Source: Macrostomum lignano
Taxonomy: Eukaryota
DNA length: 64,000 bases
Reading direction: 5' to 3'
Assembly: GCA_002269645.1 (NCBI GenBank)
Contig: NIVC01002239.1
Span: 220,325-284,324, forward strand
This document shows positions 23,430 to 34,762 of this stretch, in pieces (the first letter of the stretch is position 1; each line of letters begins with the position of its first letter). A model generated the notes under the pieces. The model did no database searches. It was not told where the DNA came from and was given only the letters and a program-made list of their open reading frames with translations. Made by a program: the position numbers and the translations under genes.

Positions 23430-24620
23430 ACTCACTACTCCACTGCACTCGACTGTCCCGAAAGGAAAAACTGTGAAGGCCCGACCTCAAGAGCCCTATT
23501 CCGTTCTGCCCCTTCTGACTAACAACGCCTGTATACTCGATGAGAGCGAGCAAAGTGCTGATTATAGACCAGGCGCTTATCTCAGACAGCGTTCGCGTTT
23601 GTTCCTTCAATGAGCTTAAAGATGCCGCCCTCATAGCAGTAAAGCTTCAGTCAAGACGAATTCCCTGATAGCTGTTGATTACCACATGCACTCACAACAG
23701 CGCTACCTCGGAAATAGTTACAGTAAGACCTCACTGTAATCGCATATTGCTTATATGCCAAGTCATGCTTTCTTGAGGTCCAAAGCTCAAATGCTTGTCT
23801 GAATTCTTACAAGGGTTCAAATCAATTCATTAAATGCAGCAGGTGAAACGGTAGCTCTACAGTCTACAATTACCTAGCACTGTTTGCGTAGAAATTCTGC
23901 AGAAATTTGCTTGCTTCTTCGCCATTATTCTTTTTAGGTATAAAATTTTCAGCAAGTGCAAAAACCATTCTATTGAAATGGGTACTATGAATTATGGGAC
24001 TCACTGGTATGCTTGAATTCCAATACACGTGCATGCACTGTGAGCGAAAGTGTTTATATTGTGCTATGCAGTGCATTCTTACATGTATTTTATTAATCTA
24101 GCGTGATCTATCTCCATTTCTTGCACGCTTCATGATCATAACGAAGCATTTCTGCACGATCAAAAGGTAGATCACTGTAGGAGCGATTTTCTTGTACATG
24201 TACAGTCTGTGGTCAGTCTGCACTAGAACTTCCAATCTACATATAGCTCAACCCAGCTACTTAGCCGAGATAATATTCGTGAGTTACTTCGATATGACGG
24301 TGGATGGTAACGCACCCTTGAAACCTTCGTTAGAAGCTTTCTCACTGCCGCTATAATTATTTGATATGCTTCTCTCTACCGTTCTAATATAACATGTCTA
24401 TGTCTTTCTTCCTCGGAACGATTTGTGTCCTTTGAGCAAGTGTTGTACTGTTGGTCTTCGCGGGGTCAGCGTTGTCCCGGGGAGGCCTGGTAAGTCTTCA
24501 AATCCCATAGCTGCCACCAATGTTGTGCCCGTGCTTCTCAGGCTGCGCTAGCACAGTGTTCTGGGTCTGCTTTAAGAGGAAGCCTTCTTGGTTGCGTAGG
24601 TAGTGCTGCCACAAGTCCCT
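23430..24620 (-). mobile_element. Heavily decayed hAT-type transposase remnant just upstream of the ATRR-like gene
   Basis: Fragmented frames give a BED-finger-like piece (DLWQHYL...NSTT/HLLKGHK), DWK...LPFD.AE...KW..ITLD..CKNAL, a near-RWNS segment, and LSEISAWSIISTLLALIEYTGVVS, resembling the hAT eW..l..lL..f..aT..lS helix. Many stops and indels. Confidence 0.45.
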
Positions 24621-27039
24621 TCGGCCCGCCCGGGTCTCAGCTTTCGGTGAGGTGAGGATCCCGACGGAACGAAATAACAAAGGGATGAGCGAACACAGCG
24701 CTTCAGGCAGATTTGCGATTTTGGACTAATAGTCAGCAGATCCTGCCGGGCTCAGTGGGTCGGCTGGAAGGACGGTGTTTGCCTCAGAACAGACCCAGCA
24801 GAGGTCTGGGTTTAGGTTGAGCACTGAGTCAGGATCGACAATGGGAGAAATTGGGCGATTGCAGAACTGGAGAAACTGTGTTTACTGAAGAATGAACAGA
24901 GCTATTAAAGAAATCCTTGACGGAAACAAGGCTTGAGATGGTTCGTTCGTATTTATACTGTAGGCAGGAAACTATACTGCGCACCATTGCATGTACTCGC
25001 GCGAGACCCCGATTTCGTCAGATTGCATATGACGCTGTTGCTAAAATTAGCAATTTCTGACGCTCGGGTTTGCCTCAGAGCAGGCAAGGGTCTTGGCGCA
25101 CGTGATTTCCGCCATAAACACGACTTGCACAGTGAGTTATTCACTGCACTTCGGACTTCGAGTAAACAGCTCGTCATGTGCTCCATATGAAAAGGGGAAA
25201 GCGGCCCATCAGTGAACCCACTAGTGACCGCTACACAGAGAGCGAACCAAGAGCAGGCTAGGTCAAGCTGCCCAGCCGCTGCAAACAATGCAAACAATGC
25301 AAACAAGAGACAGGGGGGAACAGAGAGCGGCAACATGCAGCTGCGCCCAGCGGAAGACGGCAGCTCAGAGTGATTATTTACCTGTGACTACTAGGCCACA
25401 GTTAAAATTATTATAAAGCTACTCTTTTTATTTCAAAGGTATCGTGCATTACAAAGGTACCCAAATGAACTTGGCCTAGTAGCAGAAAATTTGTTATATG
25501 CTACAACCAGATGGCTCACAAGTTTAAAATAACAACCGACGTGCTAATTATTTAACAATGTAACTCTTCTGATATTCCTGCAGGATGATCCGATAATCTC
25601 TTCCTCGACATCGGACCAATACTTACTTTCTTCCCACCATTCTAGTGGTTATTTTATTTCATTCTTTTTAGTCTAAGCTTTTAGTTTCATTGAGCCTGAG
25701 ATTTCATTTTTATTTAGTTTAGGCAAGTTATATAATAAATAAATGTTGATCAAATAGTTTGAAAAAATTTAGTTTGTAATTTCAGTAACAAGTATTGAAT
25801 TTATTGCCTAGGTAGCCTAAAGCAATAAATATTGCCCAAAAATATTAATGAAACAAATGAAATTATTGTAGTAGGCCTAGTAGTAAAGTAAATAAGCAAA
25901 CCTGAAAAGTACACTTTGAATCTTTGTCTTTGATTGATTTGACAAATAGATAATAAAAAATAGAAAGTGGTTTGATTGATTTGAATATCTGATATAAAGA
26001 GTATATAAATTTAGAATATTTTTAACTAAGGTCAATTGTTGATTCTATATTCAGGCCTATTTGTAATTATAACAAAATGAAAACATTGATATTAATATTA
26101 GTAAGTGTTACTAGGCCTATATACCATTTTACCTCCTTGAACAAAGTCTTGTTCAAAATAAACAAGCAGAACTTCAATTTAAACACCTAAAGAAATCCTA
26201 GCACTTGTAAAAAATCAATTTAGATTGTCTTTGGCCAAAATTGTTCTTAAGTAGCAGAGTAGCATGTGCATGCAGTTTAGAAATTCAAAAAACAAATTTA
26301 TTCTTTTCCTTTAGGATTTGCAAAAATAAATATATTTTTATAAGTCTATATATTCTTTTGTTTTTAGTGTACTGCATAATTGTATAATTGTTGTGCATTA
26401 AAACTGACATGTATGAATGTTGAAAAGATTAGGTTGAAGAAGATATTTAATTGCTAGAAGATATAATTGATGAAGTTGTAGCAAAGTTCAAGGAAAAGAT
26501 CATGGAATATTAGCCTTAATAGTACACTTTTGTAAATAATAGTGACATAAAATGTTTTATCAAAGCTACTAACTATAGAGATAACTTTATATAATTGGTA
26601 TACCAACTTAGAGTCAAGGGGTCAATAGTGTACACATTCTAAGATCAGGGATAGCAAAAAGGGTACATGACCAAGATGGCCACACACCAAGATGGCCACA
26701 GCTCTGAATGGCTGCTTGGATAGGAATAGGTCTATATATTTCCTCATTTCCTATTGGCTGTGATTGGGGTGGGGTATGACCTAGCTTCAAGTCTTAGAGA
26801 AGACAGATTTTGTTAGTGAAATTAGACTAAGTAAAACAAAAAACACTTCCCTTTATAGCAGGTATTACTACCTACTAAAGCTAGTAGCACTACTAGTACA
26901 AGACATTTGGTTTTTGTATCATGGATAATAGTTTCAAACCTATCTTCAATATACTAAAACTGACATGTTGTTTGTATATGTTAAAAGTTAAAGGTAGAGG
27001 TTAAAGGTATTAGTTATGATAGAAATAAGCAAAAATTGG

Positions 27040-27850
27040 AGTGCCCTCTTATCTCTGATCTTTTCTCTCATCTCTGCACTCTTGTCTTTTATCTTTTCTC
27101 TGTCATCTCTGCCCTTTCGTCTCTAATCTTTTCTCTCTCTCATCTCTACCCTCTCCTCTCTCATCTCTTGCCATCTCCTCTCTCCTCTCATCCTCTCCTC
27201 ACCTCTCTCCTCTCCTCTCTCCTCATCTCTATCCTCTCTTCTCTCCTCACCTCTGCTCTCATCTCCCTTTTCCTCTTCATTCTCTTCTCCCTTCCCTCCT
27301 TTCTCCTTTCCATTAATCTCCCTTCTCCTCCCTCTCCACTTGTATTTAATCTCTCCTCTCATCAACTCTCTTCTCCTTTATTCCTTCGCCTCTCCTTTAT
27401 CCTATGCTTGTATTTCTCTTTTCTATTCCTTACCCTCTCTCCTCACCTCTGGCCTGCTGTCATCAGGACTCCTCGCTTCGCTTTGGGGGCCAACAAAGCA
27501 GACTATAGAAGGGTAGTCATGAGCTGGGTTCTCAATTGAGGTAAAAAGTTTGCCAACCCCTGCACTAAAAGCACCTGGCTTAGTCACATTAGATAAAAAC
27601 TATATGTATAGTGGAATGGGATTGAGAACAATGTGAACTAGCCTCTCTACTCTCAACCTCTCTACTCTCAGCCTCTATCTACTCTCAACCTCTCTATTCT
27701 CAGCCTCTCCACTCTCAGCCTCTCTCTACTCTCAGTATCTATCCACTCTCAACCTCTCTATCCCCAGCCCCTCTCTACTCTCAGCCTCTCTCTGCTCTCA
27801 GCCTCTCTCTACTCTCAGCCTCTACTTTTGTCTTCTCTCTCAGCTCAGCT
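27040..27850. repeat. CT-rich low-complexity tract plus ~15-bp ctctctactctcagc tandem
   Basis: Polypyrimidine composition; tandem units at ~27640-27830. Confidence 0.85.
27543..27562 (-). mobile_element. Orphan hAT (Charlie/Buster-type) terminal repeat
   Basis: aaaaagtttgccaacccctg is the reverse complement of CAGGGGTTGGCAAACTTTTT. Confidence 0.55.
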
Positions 27851-28185
27851 TATATCTAGTTCTAAAATCTGAAGTTATACTCAAACAAAAACTTGTCATT
27901 CAAAAACATGTGTTGGCAAAATCTCTAGCCTCCTGTCTCTCTCTATGTCCTTCGGATCCTTTGAAACTTCTATTTTCTCTTTTGTTTCCTCTCTTGTTCT
28001 TCTCTCTCTCTTCTCTTCTTTTTCTTTCCTATCTCCTCTCTCCCATCTTCTCTCGTCAATCTTCCCTCACCTCTCTTCTCTTTCATATTTGCTCTCTCTT
28101 CTCATTTATCTCTGGTCTCTACTCTCTCCCATTAGGAAAGAAGGAAAGATAGGAAAGATAGATAGCAAACATAGGAAAGAAGCCT

Positions 28186-28437
28186 ATGTTTGAAAAAGTG
28201 CCCGACTTGTACCAGCTGAGGCCAGCTAGAGGGCAACGCAGGAGAGATATTGTTGTAGAATATCCAATTGAGAATGTGCCCACCCACCTTCTGATGGATG
28301 GGGGCAGTGCGCTGTCTTTTCTAAGAGCCAAAGACTATTCTAAAATCACTGGAAAGAGCGTGGAGGCCTTGGAGCCCCCATGTGTGAAGGCTGTCATGCC
28401 ATTAAAGATTATAGGACTGAGAAAATTTATTTATTAG
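28186..28437 (+). pseudogene. Retropepsin-like aspartic protease fragment (LTR retrotransposon derived), inside the MULE
   Basis: IENVPTHLLMDGGSALSFL resembles the I.g.....LvD(T/S)GS..S.i retroviral protease motif; no flanking gag or RT seen. Confidence 0.5.
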
Positions 28438-28859
28438 GAGTTAGTCTCCTATTCGACCCCCGCTGAGTGGCAGAATGGTAGTCAGCCCGTGATTGCTTAA
28501 TCCCCTCCCAATTAGCGTATTGAAAGTTTTCTTGCCCCATTGGATACCGCTTTTCGCTTATTTACATATGCTTTCCATTATATTCAAACTATGTTGTGAC
28601 TCCGTGCTCATGTGGCAATGTTTAAATATTTAGGATTTGAGCTTGAAATTTGAGCTCAAATTTGAGCTCGTATGGTATGGGTTTATTCCCTATAAGTCAA
28701 TATTATCTTGGAAACCGGAAAAATATCTATGGGTCTGCCTTGCAGAAGGTCCTGCCCCACTGTTTAAAATTTTGTAGGAACAATGGAAGTCTGGGACTGT
28801 TAAAATTAGCACATTTCAGTTTGATTTCTAGTGTTTGTTCGCACCTTGTAGGTCAGTGC

Positions 28860-29400
28860 AAAATTCTCTCTATTCTCTCTCCTCTATCATCTCGACCTTC
28901 TCTCCTATTATTTATTTCCTGTCTTATCTTCTCTCTCTCATCTCTCATCTGTACTCTCCTTTAACATCTCTCCTCTTTTTCCCAACTCTCCCTACTCTTC
29001 TCTCAACTTTCTCCCTTTTACTCTTTCATCTCCCTTCTCTACTCTCTCCTCCCTCTCATCTCTCATCTCTCCTGCTCTCCCATCTCTCTTCTCCTTTCTA
29101 CTCTCTCCCTTCTACATTCTTCTATTTCCTCTCATCTCTCTTCTCTCCCTTCCCCTCTCTTCCTGTCCTCTCGATTCTCCCCCTTAATTCTCCTTTCTCC
29201 TTCACTCCACTTCTCTCCCATTGTCTCTCATGTCTGCTCTCACATATTTCTCTTCTCTCTCCACTTATCTCTACAATCTCTTCCCTCTCCTCTCTCCTCT
29301 CTCCTCTGTTCTAGCTCTACTGTCTCATTTCTCGTCTCTGCTTTCTCATCTCTCTTTTCTCCTCTTTCATCTCTCCTATCTCATCTCTTCTCTCTTCTGT
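28860..29400. repeat. Second CT-rich low-complexity tract
   Basis: Polypyrimidine composition. Confidence 0.85.
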
Positions 29401-30477
29401 TTGTATCAGACTTGTATCTGTACATGTATTTAGAGGTTCGGCTTATTTTGACAAGATTTCAGAATTGTCAGACTTTGATTGAAGCCTTGCGTTTCTTGGG
29501 TATATACTTGCTGAAAAATACATGCATCTCATATCTGTGCAAATTTGCCGCAGTGCATAAAGAGTACAAATGATATTTACATAAATAAATCTGAGGCTTC
29601 ATGCTAAGTGCTGCATGCAAAGTCACTATATTGAGTTATTTCTTTACAAGCCAGATTGTTATCATGGTTACCAACCATAGCAGTTGGCTAAAAATGTTGA
29701 AATTGAAAAATAACGATATGGCTGATTTGACGTGAGCTGTTGTATATAGATAGATTTTTATCTCTATGCAAGCCAGTCAGTTATTTAGACTATTTATGAC
29801 TTCCAATTGTATCGTATCAGTATAGGCCAAGATTGAAAAAAAGTTGCTCTAAGGGTTGGCTTGAGTATAACAATCTGTGAGGCATCACTACCACTAGGGG
29901 AGCACTGTGAGAACTGTTTGATCATAAATTAACTCTTTGCTCATTCAAGCTTGAATTGACAGCAACCCTACTTACCTTTTGTATTCAACTTAAACAACAG
30001 AATACAGCTTGTATGTGATCTCAATAGAAGTGGAAATCAAAAAAAAACAGCATCAGTTGCCACCCATTCACGATATTTCATATTATTTCTAGATAGCAAT
30101 GGATTGACAACAGCTTGTAGCTTGTAGCAATGAATAAATTGTTTTCTATGAAATCTTTCAACAGGCCTGTTCTGCAAATGTGGGTGCAAAAGGTATCTCA
30201 TATCTGCATTTTAATAGCTCATATATGTAGCTCAAATAATATCATGCATAATGATGGGGATGATGGGATGCTGATGAATTATGGAGGCAGAAGTACACTG
30301 AGTCACACATACATGCAGTGACTAGCCCAAGTAAAGGCTGCTTGCTCTGTAAGTGTGATACAAAGAACCCTCCCATCCCAAATTTGAGCATAAAACAAAG
30401 TGTAATATCTGGCAAGAAATGTGCATGGTGATTATTAAATATGCTCCAGGGCTATATTGGTTGCAGCAACTAAGAAG

Positions 30478-30790
30478 GTGCGGATTTTTTGGCTTTTTTA
30501 ACTCGTTTTGATCTGAAATGGCAATAAGGTATGGGTGGCATGGATAGATGACAAAGTTCAAGCAAATTATAGCAATGGGTGTAGTATAAATAAGTAAGTG
30601 CAGATTTTTTTGGCTTTTTTAACTCATGATCTAAAATGGCAATAAGGTATGGGTGGCATGGATAGATGACAAAGTTCAAGCAAATTATAGCAATGGGTGC
30701 AGTATAAATAAGTAAGTGTGGATTTTTTGGCTTTTTTAACTTGTTATGATCTGAAATGGAAATAGAGTGTGGGTGGGCAGCTTGGATAGT
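30478..30790. repeat. ~119-bp tandem repeat, ~2.5 copies, inside the MULE
   Basis: gattttttggctttttaact...ggcaataaggtatgggtggcatggatagatgacaaagttcaagc recurs at ~30481, 30601 and 30721. Confidence 0.85.
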
Positions 30791-30929
30791 TGATTAGGTT
30801 TTAAGCCTCCTTGTCTGCAGGCTGCTGTACCTGCCAGACAGGCTGAGTGTGCAGATGGCTGCAGGCCCTTAGAAAAGCCACAATTAAAGTGTACTTTCTC
30901 TAAGATGTCTGCAATGCGTCTCAAAGGCA

Positions 30930-32110
30930 GCATTCACTCGTGCGTACCTGGCATGCACCTGCTGGTGATGAGTAACAACCTGGCCCCCGTGAACTTGCTG
31001 CTGTAGCCGTCACACCCATTTAGCATCATGCTGTAGCAGGTCCAGCAGAAGGTAGAAGTTCAGCGGCTTCTGTCCACACTTGTTGAGTTGACCATGCCAG
31101 GCTTCTATGTCGTTGTTGGTCCTCTTATACTGCTTGAAGACGCAGATAGCATCACGGTCCCAGACAGGATGCTGCAGCCAAGTAGTGCAACATACTCGGC
31201 TAGCTATAGGAGTAGCTCATTACCTATTGCCAGCAGGCTTGATAATCAAGCTTGATAGGCAACGAAAGCAGGCTTGATAATCAGCTTGAGCCTTACCGGA
31301 CATCAAAAAGAAGGCAAGTGGTACCAGCCTTTCCTGCCCATCAAAGCGAATCGCACTGTGTACACTGTAAAGCTGTTTGAAAGGTGCCTTGACAATGCTA
31401 AAAGTTCTGTCACACTTCAAGATTCGTTGGGTTGATAATAGTTCTCACTGAGTTGTCATGAAGACGAAGTGTTGCCCATTTGTCTCAGGAACTGTCACAT
31501 CCTGCAAATGAAACTGGGCAGGTACATCTCTAGGATCAACTTGGAAATGTATGTCAACAGGTTCCATAGGGCGATCTTTTTTGCAACTGTAATTAGCATT
31601 GCAACTCAATGACTCAATACTAAGCACCTCCTACACTTCAGATGAAAATTTTCTTACCTTCTCCTCCGTGATAATTCTAGCAGAGGTAAACAACATGCGC
31701 TTTGCTCCCTCCTTTACCTCCTTTGCTGCCTTTCTCTTCTGAGCTCACCGATGAACTGGATCGCACATGTGCAGAGCAAGGGCTTCTATGGTTCCATCAG
31801 CACAGCGGACTGCGGAGCCATGACAGTGCAGTGAAAAACGCTTAGTGTAGCAATAGTACATGTTGCCATTTCGCCGTATTTTTTCATCTATCAGATGGCC
31901 AAGGTCTCGTTGGGCATACTGCACTAGAAGGTCTTTTCCGTGACTGCATCCTGCACCTGTAAGAATCTCAAAGGGCTGGGGAGGTGGGCTGCGGGGCGGT
32001 GCAAGCTCTGCTAGAGGAATTTGAATGGATTCTTCCAGAGCTGGATCAGGGTCATTGAAATCTAGATACTGGTAAAGAAAATTTTCTGCTTGTGCCGGAA
32101 TCAGATGCAC
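30930..32110 (-). pseudogene. Decayed MULE transposase (FLYWCH-like finger plus DDE domain)
   Basis: YYCYTKRFSLHCHG...HMC finger; D(R)TFSIVKAPFKQLYSVH...VPLAFFLMSGK..ADY; RTNNDIEAWHGQLN (reverse of ~31085-31125). Multiple frame breaks. Confidence 0.85.
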
Positions 32111-32749
32111 TGGTTCTGGATTTTCAGCAGGCTATCACATGCACCGTGCTGCCAATTCAAGCATTGAGAACACTCAATTGCTTCTTGTCCATTGCAAACT
32201 GGCTGCAGACAGACCACACATGGATATGCACCTGCCATTTTGTATCTAAGTGCTTAGACTGCTGTCAATGAATGAGACAGATGAATTTTGAACAGGGCAT
32301 GAAATTTACCCAGTTTTTATCCCTTTAAACAAGTAAATTAGTCTCAACCAATAAAAGAAATGGAAAAAAGCTACACCAGATTTTATATGAAAAAGAGATT
32401 TGTTTAATACGAAATATGTTTACACCTCTTAGGGGCCTACTATAAGTAGGAAAATAAAACTCATAACCATTTTTGTCTTTAGCCCTGCAATATACTAATA
32501 AAATTTTGACTGCCTGCCTAAACCCCCCGATTGCAACCCCACATCTCCCCACCTGAAGCTATCCAATAGAAAACCAGTTGTCATTTTCCGTGACCCCCAC
32601 CCCAGCTATGGCCATCTTGGTGTGTGGCCATCTTGGTCTTACACCCAAAAAAGTATAGAGCATTTAGAAAGACATCTTATATAGTATGGTAGATGATAAA
32701 ATTATTGGCTGCATCTTTGTGGACAAGAGCACCAACCATGCTTTTACAT

Positions 32750-33420
32750 CAAGGGTTAGCAAACTTTTTTCAGTGTAGGCTGAATTGGAAGACTAGGCTA
32801 AAGCAGCAGGCCAGAAAAATACAACAAATTCTGGCTATAAATGACAATTTTAGACCAAATATAACCAACAACCCTATAGTTAAAACTGATATAGGAATTA
32901 TAGGATAAAAGCTAACTTTTCTTATAAAGTTCCACACTCTCAAATCTATTATAAGGTTTGCTGAAAAAACTGGCCCCTTATACTTTAAATTCAAGTTTAT
33001 ACTAGAAAAAACTTTACTCATGATATATGCACCAGATATTATAAAAAATTTATTATAACAATAAAGGACCTTTTTGTATTGCAACAATAAAGGATCTTTT
33101 TTTGCTTTGCAACAATATAGGACTATAGGACCCTTTCTTTCATATGCCAATAAGCTATGCCATATGCCGGCTCTATGGCACAATTTTCTAGCAGATTGTT
33201 CTATACACTAGATACTTTACCCTAACCATTTTTATATTTGTATATTAGAACTTTCTAGCATACATGTAAGATTCAGGAGTGGGGGTAAAATTGAATGTTT
33301 CAACGCAAAATTGATTTTATAAGCTACTTTTATTTTGTTAGATAGTAAGACTGTTGCAGGCCAGACTTGAAGGTATTGCAGGCTAGATTTGGCCTGTGGG
33401 CTAAAGTTTGAAGACTGCTG
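32750..33420. mobile_element. Non-autonomous hAT (Buster/Charlie-like) MITE, ~670 bp
   Basis: Left caagggttagcaaactttt, right ggcctgtgggctaaagtttgaagactgctg; flanks ttttacat / gtttatat form a degenerate 8-bp TSD (6/8) with central TA. Confidence 0.7.
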
Positions 33421-34762
33421 GTTTATATACATCCCTTGCTGCCTTGGTTGACAAGCAATTGAGGGTTAGGTAGGTGGATCAAGGCCTCAAGTTGACCAAT
33501 TGTTCCTGTCATACACTTGTGCATTGTTCTGTTATAAATCTCTTATAACATAATATTGATATGTTGTGTTTTATCTCTATCCAAATAGAATATAGCTTTG
33601 TTTCTTTTTAATTTCAAGGCTGCATGTATGCATCACTTCAGCCAAGGACAATTTTGGCCAAAGAGTTTGAATTGAATTTTATCTGTTTCAATAGAAAGGG
33701 AGTTTGTTTGAATTGAAGTTTTGCTTCTTTCTTTTGAACAAGACATTGTTAAAATAGGATATAAAATAGTGTACTTGTAAAGGCCCTACCTATTTTCATA
33801 CCCCCAAACTGTAAATCTGATGCATTAGACTTTCTGGGCCTACTACGCTCATATCCCATCTTTGGGTCTCTCAAACCCCATGTCCAATATGCTTGTTTTT
33901 TCTTTCCTTTCCTTGGTAGGAGGTTTGGTAACTCATGTAATAGAAGGAAGCTTTTTCTTCTTTCTAAATTCTATTGATCTCACCAAGTTCCAGGATAAAG
34001 TGATTTACTCTTATAATGATTTCACTGCTATCACCAAAGTTGTTATAGAATTCAATAGTAGAATTATATTCTAATTTCTAAGAATTATTTCTAGAATATA
34101 GTTTAACTTCCTAGTTTTTAGTTGTAATACATTTTAGTAGCATTATAAATGTATTCTGCCCTAAGTAGTTTTACTGGTACATGTACTATTTCCAGTCCTT
34201 GGCATGACCTAGTCCTAGATTAGAAGGTCACCACATTACTCTTCATATTTCTTTGCATAGACTCCTAACTTCCTTTCTTAGTAAATCTCTTCTAACTATT
34301 CCTTGGATTTTCTTACTTTAATTCAAACTAGAAAGCAAGTTGAAGTGTTGAATTTATCATTAACATTGTTTGTACAAATATGAAGTACATCAAGCAAAAT
34401 ATAAAAACAAAATAAGGAATAGCAAAAGTATGGTAAAGCAATGCATTTAGTAACAATGATTAAGGTTAGAGCTGTAGGAAGCAAGCATGCACAAAATGTT
34501 TTGGAACCCAGATAGTGTATGTGCTATTGTCTTTCGTGGTCTTTCTACTGTTAATGGCTGGGATTCACGAGGCCAAAGAGCCTCCAGTGTATGGGCAAAA
34601 GGATTTGGGACACGAGACAAATGCGTGAGCTGTAGGAGCAGGAAGATTATTTGTTTTTGCTCTTAGAATTCAAGACTTTTAGGTCTTAGTCTACTGCCTG
34701 ACGTTGAGCTAATTTGTAATTTTCTCTCCGCTGTGCCAAATGCAATTGCAGATCTGCTTGTC

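Larger units (their letters stand above)
26661..32646 (-). mobile_element. Mutator-like (MULE) DNA transposon, ~6.0 kb, with terminal inverted repeats
   Basis: Left end gggtacatgaccaagatggccacacaccaagatggccacagct (26661) is the near-perfect reverse complement of the right end agctatggccatcttggtgtgtggccatcttggtcttacaccc (to 32646); internal MULE transposase relics. No clean TSD seen. Confidence 0.8.

Noticed and set aside
26646-26660. cagggatagcaaa as a hAT left end pairing with 27543-27562
   Set aside because: It lies outside the MULE TIR while the other end lies inside, with a weak match and no TSD.
27036-29433. Hydrophobic Leu/Ser-rich membrane-protein-like ORFs
   Set aside because: Translations of CT-rich low-complexity DNA.
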